A stretch of DNA of 62,917 bases, counting the filler, from Folioceros fuciformis (lineage: Eukaryota): NCBI GenBank assembly GCA_049999805.1. It is 10 parts of 10 records of this genome, joined end to end, with 100 filler letters (N's around TTAATTAATTAA, not from the genome) between each part and the next. Parts side by side here need not be neighbours in the genome. Positions count along the whole stretch, not along the records: positions 25,611 to 41,825 come from JBNGIO010001675.1; positions 41,926 to 45,911 come from JBNGIO010001676.1; positions 46,012 to 49,158 come from JBNGIO010001677.1; positions 49,259 to 52,611 come from JBNGIO010001678.1; 6 more parts are not named here. The stretch is one strand, 5' to 3'. The notes beneath the pieces are model-generated. The model searched no databases. It saw only the letters and a program-made list of their open reading frames with translations, and was not told the origin of the DNA. This document shows, in pieces, positions 38,687-50,257 of this stretch. The translations under genes and the position numbers were made by a program. Numbering within the stretch: the stretch's first letter is position 1; every line of letters starts with the position of its first letter.

Positions 38687-41600
38687 ATGGTATGTATAGG
38701 GTGATGATGGATTCAGAGTAGAAACAGAAGATTGTCTCGTCAAACAGCTGCTAGAGATCTCGTGAGCATACACAGGGTTGACGCGTTGTGGGTGGATTTC
38801 ATTCTTTCAGGGAGTCGCAGGGAGCATCAACGGTGGCTCCACCGTAACTTTGTGGTTGCTGGGCTTTCTATGGTCATGTTACGCGGTCGCTTGCACTTCG
38901 GCAGAATTTGGTGTGCGCAGTTCCTTCAGCAGGCAGTCCACGCAAGGTTACGTTGTTGATGTGAGAGACACTGGGTCAGGAGCAAGTGTGACTATTTTTG
39001 CTCCCAACAGGACTGACGGGAAGCCTATCGTTGGTGGCATGCTGCGGGCGGTTGTCTTTCCACTGGATGAATATTTCCCGTCGGCTCCGATTGATTCTGT
39101 CCCAGGGGCTTATGCAATAACAATCTCTGTTTTGGAAATGGGCTCTTATTCTTTCCATGTCCTTTCTTGCTCTGAGGAGGAGGTGTGTGAACCCGTCGAT
39201 GGCAGAATATATAAGTTTAACGTGGCAGGAAAGCTTTCAGCTAGTCACAGTTTTGTATCCGGGTACAACCCCCTTGTTGTTCTCGACTCTCTGACCTGCA
39301 TAAGTTTGCTTCTCAGGGAAATGACGAACTCATTTTCATGGCTGCCACAGATTCCAAGAAATGTATAGGGTGGGGCAGAAGGTGGGTTTCAACATTACGG
39401 CCAGAGATGAAAATGGACTGGTCAAGACTGTGATTATTCATCCTATTCCCTTCTCTGTTGACATAACGAGCTCAGATGGTACTTCGCTGTTAAGACCAGC
39501 GACGATATCGCCCCTTGGCCAAGGAGTCTATTCAGTTCGCTTCACACTCATCAGAGTGGAGACTTACTATGTATCGGTAACCGTGGACGGATCACCTGTT
39601 TCTGATGGTCAGCGAAACTTCAGCACGTTTCAGAACGAGTCAGAAGATGCAGAGAAGTTCTACCTAGAACCGGATCACGAGATATCTTCGTCGATAGTCC
39701 TGGTGGGCGAACACACGCTGAACATTAGGTTAGTGAAGTACCTGATTTAAGAAGAAAATCACACAGTGAGCAAACTAGAGCAATTGTCATCGACCAAAAC
39801 CTCTTCTGGGAGGACTGTATTTGAGTGAATTTGCTATCACTACTTATCTGGCTTCATATTTTTCATGGATGTATCTCTTGCAGATGCTCTGAAGCATCGT
39901 ATGCAGTGATCAATAACTTCACCATTGTTATGTCAGCAGCAAACAACGCCTCTCTAGTTCTGTTTACTGATCGCTGTCCAGATTCCCGTACTAATATACA
40001 CTGCGATTTTGCCATTAACGTCACCTATCCTGGAAAATACTCTGTTTCAGCTTTACTTGGTGACGCACCGATAATGAATATGCCTTATATTTTGACCGTT
40101 GTATCTGGGATGGCATTGGCATCCAAGTCATCAATAAGAGCTCCTGTTTCTAAAGTGAAAGCGGGCACCTCAGTCTCGTACAACGTTGAGCTGGTGGACG
40201 TATATGGTAAATTCTGGAAAGAGTTCTGGCTTTCAGATTTTGGACATTCATCTTGCTGATTTGATGGTTGAGGAGGGTATCCATGGTATTCGATAAGGTG
40301 TTTGTCATTTCAATTTCTGCAGCATTTGTACCCTCTATAATATGACAACACCCTTTCGTGATGTCTGTGGAGGGCTCAGGTAACCCAGCTGCCAGCTCCT
40401 TTCAAAATGGACTTGACACACTTCAACTAATGGTTGGACTCTTCGACACTGATGAAAATCCTCTGTTTGGAGACATCAACCCAGTTGTGGATGCCATTGG
40501 AGCCCCAGTTGCAGGGAACTATACTTCAGTATTTCACGTTAGATTAGCGCGTGAGTACACTGTGAGGGCCTATTTTGGTCAATCTACTCTTGTCGAGGAA
40601 TCTTTTCTTGGTGTGACCCCCCTTCTAGGATCAGGGGTCTCATTGACAGTCGAACCATCCAGTCCCTTTGGAGCCAACTCACTTCTTTTCCTCAGTAGCA
40701 ATGTCTCGGCCGGAAGCGCAACCTTGGTTAAGCTTGATGTTAGAGACTCATACAATAACAAGGTTGGGAGCAATGGACTAGCTGCAAATCAAGTCATCCT
40801 GAATATATTCAACGGAGGTCACAACTTTTCCTATCCCCTTTTAGGTGTTGGCGAACACTTTGAGGGCATAATTATTGGAATCACCATTGCTCAGGAATAC
40901 CAGGTGACACCTGTGCTTCGCTTTAGTTTGTAGGCAGAAAGAAGTAGTCTGCGTCTACTTCGCTGGTGTGGTGTACTGGTCTGGTCATTCTTGTGAAGAT
41001 TTCCTGTTATGCTCAAGCAGATTGTGAAGCTTGGTGGACGCTTGGATCTCACATGTCCCAAGTCCATGAAGGGATCCTATGTGTTTGCTGCAGGTGACTG
41101 TCTTGGTGGATGGCAAGCCTTTCCTTACTGGTTTCGAACTATCTGTCATTCCTGGTCCTGTCTCTCCACTAGACTGCATACTGAGTGAAGTCATGGACAC
41201 AATTGCTGGAGAAAGTGGCTCCTTCCTGTTGCAGCTTATGGACGGTTTTGGAAATAATGCCAGTCTTTATGACGATGCCCGCCTTGTTCATGAGTTTGTA
41301 ACCGTGAGGGCGACACATGAAGATGTCAATGCAGATGTCCAAGTTACTAGCATCTTCGGGAGTGTTTACAATGTGACATTCATCACCGAGAGAGCTGGGG
41401 TTTATGCCGTAGGCTTCGGCTGGGAACATGAAAAGTTGGAAACTTTAGTCTATGTTGCACCAGCGCAATTAGACTGTAGACAGACGCTATTCACCGGTCC
41501 AGGTTTGATTTACGGCCTTGCAGGTCAGAACGTATCAGTTCTTGTTACTCCTCGAGACTTGTATGGGAACATTGTGAAGGCAAATCCGGAGGACATGGCT

Positions 41601-41825
41601 TTGTTTAAAATAACAGGAACTCTCACCCCCTTTCCAGGAGCTGAAAACGAAGGTCCCTCTCTTCAAGTCCATGTTTATCCTTTACATTTGATTTTTTCGG
41701 CAAGTTTCTTCGTCTTCAACTTCACTACCTTGCAAGCAGGCGTGTCACATTTAACAATTGCATTCAAGAACCAGTCTGTCATTTACTCATCCGTACAGAG
41801 TACTGGTCCTTTGGATGTAAGGCAA
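38687..41825 (+). CDS. GEX2-like secreted/membrane protein with tandem filamin/Ig-like repeats, 3'-truncated by the linker
   Basis: Probable ATG|GT exon end at 38687-38689, then a hydrophobic signal. Repeats VGQKVGFNITARDENG, AGTSVSYNVELVDVYG, AGSATLVKLDVRDSYNN, AGESGSFLLQLMDGFGN and AGQNVSVLVTPRDLYGN. Confidence 0.72.
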
Positions 41826-41925
41826 NNNNNNNNNNNNNNNNNNNNNNNNNNNNNNNNNNNNNNNNNNNNTTAATTAATTAANNNNNNNNNNNNNNNNNNN
41901 NNNNNNNNNNNNNNNNNNNNNNNNN

Positions 41926-42052
41926 TGCTTACATGGTCGCCCCTGGAGATGCACACTCCTTTTGCTTACATGGTCGCCCCTGGAGATGCACACTCCTTTT
42001 GCTTACATGGTCGCCCCTGGAGATGCACACTCCTTTTGCTTACATGATCGCC
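41926..42052. repeat. 37-bp minisatellite, at least 3.4 copies, at the contig edge
   Basis: tgcttacatggtcgcccctggagatgcacactccttt starts at 41926, 41963, 42000 and 42037. Confidence 0.92.
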
Positions 42053-42570
42053 TCTATTCGATTTTCATCGAGTAGTTGCTAGGTGCCTCCATTATCTACT
42101 GTTGCTCTACTTGGATGCTGCTAAAACCAGTTTGGTGCCTGTCAAAAGTGCTCATCCTATTCAGAGACGAGAGGTCTGATCTCGTCGTGTGCGACACCGC
42201 TACACTTTGCTGGTCATATGATCCAAGGCGGGGATTCCATAAGGTGGCGGAAGCATTTTCAGATCTTCAGTCCTAGCTTGAACTCTACCTCCATTCATCA
42301 ACAAGAAGCGAGAACGCACTAAGAAACTAAGCAAACAGCCAAGCAACATTTGGCCAACTTCTTTTTCTTTCGTCTCTACTTCCGCGCAGCCCGTCAAGCG
42401 ACTCATCTGAGCCGGTTCAAAATGCGTAAGAGTACGCAACACATAGCCGAGGCTGGAGACCTTAGGATAAAATCGGATGAACGAACATAGGCTGCTTTAC
42501 GGCAGCATGACACGGTCCTTGGACGAGGGATGAGCCCAGCGCAGCGGTCCCAAAATGGCAAAACTCAGGC

Positions 42571-45500
42571 TTAGTGCCCATGATCGAGATTATCATCGTC
42601 GTCATCCTTAGGCCTGGATAAGATCGCCTCTATCCTTTTGGCTGCCTCTTTCCTGCAGAGACCAAGATTTCAGATTCCCTGACTCCAAGGACCTGATAAG
42701 TTATAAAGGCTGCAGGCAGAGCAATACACACCTGAGACACTTGGGAATGGAGTCCCGATCCAAAAGGCCAACTACTTTGCGACCACGATCCTGCCAGCGC
42801 TTCCCCCCTCGTGCCACCACAGGGACGTGATGCAGCCTTCTAGGCTCCATCAACTCCTGCGCCTCCCTCAACGTCAAATCTGGATATGCAACCACTATTC
42901 TCTCATCGTCTTCCCCAGCCCCCTTGTCGGTACAAATTGAGGCAACTAAAATAGAGTCCACCTGCAACAAGGCCAGAACTTATTTCGGACTATACTCTTC
43001 AAGGTAGCTGTAACAAATGCGCAAACACAACTCATACCTCGAACACAACCCTTTCCCCATGTGAAGCCTCCTTCATTGCCCTGAACACTTCTCTTTGCAA
43101 ATCATCTAATGTAAAAATGCCTTCCAGTAAGTCGTTGTCATCTACCACGAGAGCACACTTTTGGTTGACTTCAATCATGGCTGCCACAGTTTCCTTAACC
43201 GTGGCATTCGCAAGCACTTTCACAAAGCTTTTAGACATGGCCTGGGCCACCTGCAATTCGCAACACACTTTAATTTCCTCAATAGAACCAGTTTCGAGGT
43301 AAACATAATCACAGAAACGGGCGATAGATGCAGGTGTGTGTCAATGCAAACCTTCAAGGTATCAAGCAGCTCATCCTCCAATACCATCTCCGGTCCAGGT
43401 TGACCCTCCACCGTACACAGTTCAACATCCCCGGCTGACTGCTTCCTCCACACCCGCATCTGGCCTCCATTCACATGGTGGTCACCATCCGCACTTGGAG
43501 AGTAGCTAGTAGGTGACTGAGGGAGCGCTTGCAAGCCTGTTCTAATGCCAATCGAGCCTAGCAGTTGCAAAGCAGGAAAATTTTTGTCCTTGGCAATGGA
43601 TGCAACCCATATAGCAAGCCCAACTGCGCCCTGTCACCATGCGGAAAATTAGGCTCACGATGACATCCAGTCTTACTTCAGAACCATGTCAATATTCACT
43701 TCGAACAAAGTCGCTAAAAAGAAAGCATTACCATGAGAGGAAGCAGTATGTGATAGTCCTTAGTCAGCTCAAAAAGGAGCAAAACTGATGTCAGAGGAAC
43801 AGAGCATACAGCTGCCAGCAAAGCAGCCATTCCCACCTGCCAGAGACGACAAATGGGTATCAAAACCGTGGCATGTAGAGTTCTCGCCCAGACAGGAGGA
43901 GGAGGACAAGACACCCTGCTTCAAACACTTTAAACCACTGCTCCAGAGGGACATACCAGGGCATACGCTTGTGGATGTGCCACACCACCAGGTATCGCTG
44001 CATTTATTGCTCTTCCCGCTAAGCTTCCGTAAACTGAACCCACGGCCGAGCCTATGAACAAGCTAGGGGCATACACACCTCCGACGAGTCCAGAGCCGCG
44101 ACAGATAGATGTAGCGATGATTTTGGCTCCAGTCAACTGAACCAACAGAAAAGCTCCAGGCGCTGAGGCAGTCTTCCCAGAGTGCAGAATCTCGTCCACG
44201 TTTGTGAACCCCCAATACAGCACCCCAGGATATCTGAGCGCAATAATGCCAGTACAAAGCCCACCTAGAGCTGGTGTGACAGACAAGGGTATTCCAACGC
44301 GGTCCTTCAGGAAGTCAAACCATCGAGTGCAATAGGCAATGAGCCGAGTCAAAATGACGCAAACAACGCCGCAGAGCATCCCCAGCAGCAGATAGAGAGG
44401 AAGTTCTGCAAGGGAAAAAAAAGTACGAAAACGGAGTCAGCTAACAGGAGGTGCTCACAACGACTTGCAATGGAGATAAGCACCAACGTATACAATGGTT
44501 CAGAGCTTGCCTATAACAAGAGCTTAGGTATCATACATAGCTTGCTACACAAAGATTTTTGTATCCTATTGCCAGGTAAACTTTGCTGCCCACCTGCAGC
44601 GGATTTGAGTTCGTAGGTGGGCACATTAAAAGCTGGACTCTCCCCAAGCACAATCTGAGATACTGTTGACGATATCACAGATGCCAATATAATCATTGCT
44701 GTTGTGAGGGGTGGTGAGTTCTCAGCATGCGCGGGTCTCAAGACAGTCTCGATGGCAAAAAAGCATCCAGCAACAGGAGCGTTGAAGCCTGGACATAGAC
44801 AAGAACATCGATCAACATCAGTGAGCGGGGACACACAACGCGAGTAGACGAGCGCTGCACAGCCACCAGCGTCAAGGATCCAACCAACCTGAGGCAATGC
44901 CAGCGGCTGCTCCAGCAGCAGTTAGGGCTACCCTTCTCTCCTTGTTGTTCTTCATAACTTCTGCACAGCCATGAGCCCACGCCTTGCCAATGTCGACGCT
45001 CGGCCCCTCTGGTCCTAGAGAACATCCAGTACCGAGGGTGGTAGCGGCCTGGACCGCCTTGACAACAGGCTTAGCTCCCCGTATCCAGTCGATGCGCTTC
45101 CTGGGACCTCTAGGCTCGATGGCGCTCAGCTGGTCCAAGATCCCGAGGATGGAATGCATCAAGCCCACCAAAACGCCTCCAACCACAGGCAGGATCATGA
45201 TCCGATGCCACGTGTCCGCCAATTTCTGAACCCGGAGCCAGGCAGCTCCTTCGTGTGGCGTCCCTGCCCATGCCAAATCATGTATGGCATGCACCTGCAC
45301 CCAGAAGCAAGCATCTCAACACTCCTACCAGCCCTCCTCTGGCAACCAGAAAACCCCACAACACCAGACCTCTCCAGAACCCCATGACTCACCCCTTTGT
45401 TGAAGGCCACCACGCTGAGGCCCGTGGCGCAACCCAGTCCACATCCCAGCAACAGAAACGACCACTCCGGGGGAACCCGATCGGTCACCTGCTGTGACAC

Positions 45501-45710
45501 CTGCTGCGACAACGACTGCCTCCGCACCAGCACGGGAGGCAAAGCTCTAGCACTCACTGACTGTCTCGGGGGCGCGGCCTCCCTGGAAGTGCTGGACTCA
45601 CTCTGCCTCAAAATGGGGCGCAGCTCCCCACTTGCTTCCAAGTCCGAATCGGAGTCTGAGGAGGCCGAATGCAACAGTTGCCTGAAGCCCCCGCTTTGGA
45701 TGGCTGACAT
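42571..45710 (-). CDS. CLC-f: Chloride channel CLC-f-like with two CBS domains
   Basis: GTGCSLGPEGPSVDIG, GFNAPVAGCFFAIE, GSGLVGGVYAPSLFIG, CSVPLTSVLLLFELT and C-terminal CBS pair. Stop at 42571-42573. Confidence 0.94.
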
Positions 45711-45864
45711 CCTCTCCGCGTTATGCACAACTCTCGTTCCAGACGTTGAGCGATGCTCTGTCGTCGCTCGCCATGTCCCGGGATCCCGAAAAAGGCCTAT
45801 GCTACGGAGTGGATTTCTCCGACCTGCTCACCGCCAGGGAGGGCCGGAATTCGGCAGCCCTGTT

Positions 45865-45911
45865 CCCGTGCCCGTGCCCGTGCCCGTGCCCGTGCCCGTG
45901 CCCGTGCCCGT
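45865..45911. repeat. (CCCGTG)n microsatellite at the contig edge
   Basis: About 8 perfect units running into the linker. Confidence 0.95.
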
Positions 45912-46011
45912 NNNNNNNNNNNNNNNNNNNNNNNNNNNNNNNNNNNNNNNNNNNNTTAATTAATTAANNNNNNNNNNNNNNNNNNNNNNNNNNNNNNNNN
46001 NNNNNNNNNNN

Positions 46012-46540
46012 ATGTGGACTCAGGAGCTTCGAATCACATGACATGCCATGGGGAGTGGCTCAAAGAAATGCAAGTGCTTGATAAACCTGGATATATGGAA
46101 ACTGGAGATGATACAACACATGCAATTATGCATACAGGAACTGTACCTCTACAGATGCAGGATGGAAAAGTAAAGTGCTTGGTAGATATTCTTCACGTAC
46201 TCAACATCACAAAGAACTTGGTGTCGGTTGGGCACATGGTTGAGCAAGGGCTGCAGGTTAGGTTTACACCTATAGGACTCTTCGTTGAAGAGTGCAAGAA
46301 AGGCAATCGCCTGATTGCTCTAGGACAGAAGGTTGGACGGATGTTCACCTTGAACGTGGAGGTTCCTTTGCTGAAGTCAGCCATGTTTGCGAAGGGTACA
46401 AGGGTTGTGACAAACCTAGAGATGTGGCACAAACGCATTGGACATGTGAATGTGTAGAAGTTGACGTCCATGCAGCATCAGAAGGTTGTCACAGGCATAC
46501 CCGAGCTTACAGCAAATTGATTGCAAGGTGTATGTGAAAG
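46012..46540 (+). mobile_element. Ty1/Copia fragment (protease to GAG-pre-integrase)
   Basis: VDSGASNHMT, HVLNITKNLVSVG, MWHKRIGHVN and VCES, ending abruptly. Confidence 0.9.
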
Positions 46541-46543
46541 CCC

Positions 46544-46810
46544 AAGTTGTGACATGGAATGCTTGGATATCTGAGTATGTGGAACACGGGCTGGGACACA
46601 AGGCCCTTCTTATGTATGGAGAAAATGGAGCAGGAGGGCCTCCTTTTGGTTGACCACGTTACGTTTGCTTGCCTTGTGAAGGCTTGTGCAAGCACTAGTG
46701 CGTTACAGAAGGGCAGGCACTTGCACTCACTGATTGTTGAAAGAGGGCTGCTGGATAACCTGGTGTTGGGCAACTGCTTGGTGGACATGTATGCAAAATG
46801 TGGTGAACTG
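46544..46810 (+). pseudogene. PLS-class PPR gene fragment
   Basis: VVTWNAWISEYVEHG, then after a frameshift DHVTFACLVKACA..LQKGRHLH..LGNCLVDMYAKCG. Confidence 0.88.
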
Positions 46811-47965
46811 TCCATATATAATATCTAAAATGAGAACTCAAACAAATCAGAGCAAAGTCAAGACTAAAGCAAATCATGTCTACCAAGTTATAAATAAAGC
46901 GAAGAGTATTATAATCCCAACGGCTTGCTCCAATCCAATTTCTCATGATAGTCCAACAAAGATGGATTGCCTCCAAGAAGAAAGAAATATTCATCCCCTT
47001 TATAATCCTCGAACAAGGATGCTGAATTTTCATTTTCAAGCAAAAGAAGATGCTCCACCAGTTTATGACAATAGACTGAGGAAGCATACATGTCCAAAAG
47101 AAGGAAAACCAAGTATTACGCCTACTTCCAATAATGAATGGAGAATGGTGAATTGTCGAAGCAAAGGAAATGCTACACCAATTTATAATAATGAGAGGAG
47201 GAAGGAAGGAAGAATAAGGATGAACGTCCAAATAAAAGAAAAGAAAAGGAAATGTTTCCCCCACCTTCATCTTCGGGTGGGTGTGGCTAATGAATCGATT
47301 GTTCACAGAAAAAGAAAACTACACCAATTTACAATAATCAAAGTCCATGTCTAAAAACAAGAATAGGACAACAAAATACTACTCCTAATCATAATATTTG
47401 ATTAAGGACATGACAGGATAGGACAATAGATTGTCCAGACAACAAGAATGTTACATCTCCTTGGTGTTAACAATGCATCGAGTGAGGATCAATGTCCTAA
47501 AAAACAAAATGTGAATGTACTTTCATTGTTAATGTTCAATTGAGGATGGTGAATGGTTGAGGAAAAAGAAATACCACACCAGTAATTTCTTGGGCAGGAT
47601 TTAGGGTCTCCTGATTTCCAATGCAAAAAGACCATTGGGAAAAAGAAAATATCATGATGTGGCAACTTATAATACTACACTAAGTATGGAGGGTGATCCA
47701 GAGCTAGAGAGTCTTTCTGTGCCTACATTGGAACAATGTAGACGAAGAAGGCGCAAATGTGCCTCTACACCTCCATCCTCCTGCACGATCAAAATAAAGT
47801 CACAACAAATTCTTCAATACTAGGATCTTCTAAGTCTCCAATGGAGGTGCCCAATTTCGAACTTGATTCATTCAAATCGTACGAAAAGGTTTTGAAACAC
47901 ACTGTGGAAGAAGATCAACCAAGAATCCTTGATTGCTCTTGGATGCCAATCTACAAAGGTGGATA

Positions 47966-48185
47966 GCCATAGCCATTGGATAGGTTCTGCCATAGCCATT
48001 GGATAGGTTCTGTTTCAGAAAATAAGGCGTACACCGACAGGTTGCAAGCGCAGGTGGCGTGGAGGGCTAGCAACCATGCCTATGGTGGGCGCCATGTGCG
48101 TCGTGTTGATGTCTCACCGGCTTTCCCAACCTGAAACCGACAGAAACCTTCAGAAACCGACAGAAACCTTCAGAAACCGACAGAA
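47966..48185. repeat. Two short tandem repeats (23 bp x2 at 47966-48012; 20 bp x2.6 at 48133-48185)
   Basis: Units gccatagccattggataggttct and gaaaccgacagaaaccttca. Confidence 0.85.
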
Positions 48186-48527
48186 TTGGACCTGGATGGG
48201 TGGATCACGTAAACGCCATAAAAAAAATAGTATAAAAAGCTTAGCTTGTCACAAAAATATGGAGTAGAAAACTCCTTTTATCCTTTGCTGCAGTGATGCT
48301 GAGGTAAGCGGCACCACTTTTAAGGCAGCGTCCCGTCCACAATTATTGCATGTCCACGTGGGATGTAGGGTTGTAGGACGCGGGGCCGGCAAGCCCACGA
48401 GCACCAACCCAGTACAAAGAAGTTGTTGGAGAAAAGGATCGCTCAAGGCACACAGTTGGGAGACTGAACAGCAGCCCCTGCAGAGGAGAGGCATTGCTGC
48501 TGTTTGTAGCTGTGTCACCCAGCCATC

Positions 48528-49158
48528 ATGTTCAAAATTTCGATTCCGAATCCTCTGGATGGCGTGAAGGTTCAATCGAGCCAGCCGGCTGAAGCTACAG
48601 CTTCACCGGGCAGCCTCATCGATATCAACATTGGCATCCCCCGGCCGCTGATTCCCAGCCTCGCCGACATCCAGGGACTTTATGAGTCTGCAGCAGCAGG
48701 TAGCGCTGGTGAAAGTGGCAAATTCCAATTCCCAGTCAGCTTAGAGCACAAGGACCCCAAGGATGTGTATCCGCAGGTTCCCGGCTTGGGGGGCGACTAC
48801 AACACCTTCCGCCTGCGACCCCAAGGGCTGTCCCCAGAGGAACGCGCCCATGCTCTGCAGGTAGTTCGCAGCTTCCACGACCAGCTGCAGGGCACGTCCA
48901 TGGGCTTCCAAGCCAACCAGGACTTGGACCAGTCCCGGGATCTTTCCAGCTACTTGGACAAGCATGTGAGTGAACAGACGCCGGCCGGCTGCAGCTGCTT
49001 CGCTTACCAGACGTCCCTCATACAACTGCATCATCATCGTGCTCGCAGTCCTTGTGGGAGTTGCTGTTCATTTGTGCATGCTTGGATCCATTGGCTTCTG
49101 TGGGTGGTCAAGGAACAGAACTTAACCCTATATTATGTGACCTGCGCAGTTGAACAAC
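48528..49158 (+). CDS. Group II PLP-dependent amino-acid (His/Ser-like) decarboxylase, 5' part
   Basis: Exon 48528-48965 ends GFQANQDLDQSRDLSSYLDKH. A GT..AG intron (48966-49149) is followed by LNN, the start of the expected NNxGDP motif, before the linker. TATAAAA at 48231. Confidence 0.65.
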
Positions 49159-49656
49159 NNNNNNNNNNNNNNNNNNNNNNNNNNNNNNNNNNNNNNNNNN
49201 NNTTAATTAATTAANNNNNNNNNNNNNNNNNNNNNNNNNNNNNNNNNNNNNNNNNNNNGTGTCGTGAATAGAGATATCCAAAAAATCCAGAATAGAAAAT
49301 TTTGGGTTTTTTTTTAATTTATTTTTTAGTGGACTATGGAACATGCCACTCATGCATGAGTGCCTTAAGAGATGTGTTACCATCAGTCTATACGTTTATC
49401 ATGAAGTCGAGCTCCTAAGACCTCTAGCAGCTATATACTCGTGTGCTTTTGTATGAGCTCCTTTCATTACAACATTTAGCAGTAAGTTTGGTAACAAGCT
49501 TGGCTGCAAGAAATAGAACCAAGTTTAAATCATTATATCATATAATTATATAAATCAAGATAACATATTACATTTGGACTTGAGAAAAACAAGATGGAAA
49601 CCCATCTAGTTCAAAACGACTAAGACAAACCACCATACAAACCTTCAAACACATTA

Positions 49657-49893
49657 CCAAAGGTGACTAAGTCAGAGGATTAGGAGAGATTCAGACAACC
49701 CACTAAACTCAGACAACCCACTAAACGAGGTGATACAAACCAAGCTAATAGGAGACAAACCAAAGGTGACTAAGTCAGGGGATTAGGAGAGATTCAGACA
49801 ACCCATTAAACTAAGACAACCCACTAAACGAGGTGAGACAAACCAAGCTAGTAGGAGACAAACCAAGCTAGTAGGAGACAAACCAAAGGTGAC
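49657..49893. repeat. Hierarchical tandem repeat (103-bp unit with internal 18- and 20-bp duplications)
   Basis: ccaaaggtgac starts at 49657, 49760 and 49883. Confidence 0.88.
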
Positions 49894-50257
49894 GGGCCAC
49901 CGGTGAGAAAAACTTGAAGCCCAAGCCGTCAGGAGGAAGGATCAAGTGTATGAATTTGTGAACGAGGGTTATATACATCTTTAGGGAACAAATGGAAGAA
50001 TTAAGAGCTTAATTATTTACCAAGCCCCCAAAGTAAATATATTTATAGTTCTGCTGGTATAAATACGCCGCAACAATTGAGGCTACAAAGATGGAGAAGC
50101 TGGTGCAAGAATATGGTGTACAAGAAAATGCTATGCTAATGGGCTCGACCTACCTGCGCACAGCATCACAAGCTGGCAGTGCATGGCTGGCTATCCACGA
50201 TCCTCTCTTATCTCTATAGGATGATCTCAATTCTAGAAGGAACAGGCCGGATGTTGG

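Noticed and set aside
49657-49893. CRISPR-like array (also considered for 9240-9408, 41926-42052 and 60128-60320)
   Set aside because: These are head-to-tail tandem repeats without unique spacers, there are no cas genes, and the context is eukaryotic.
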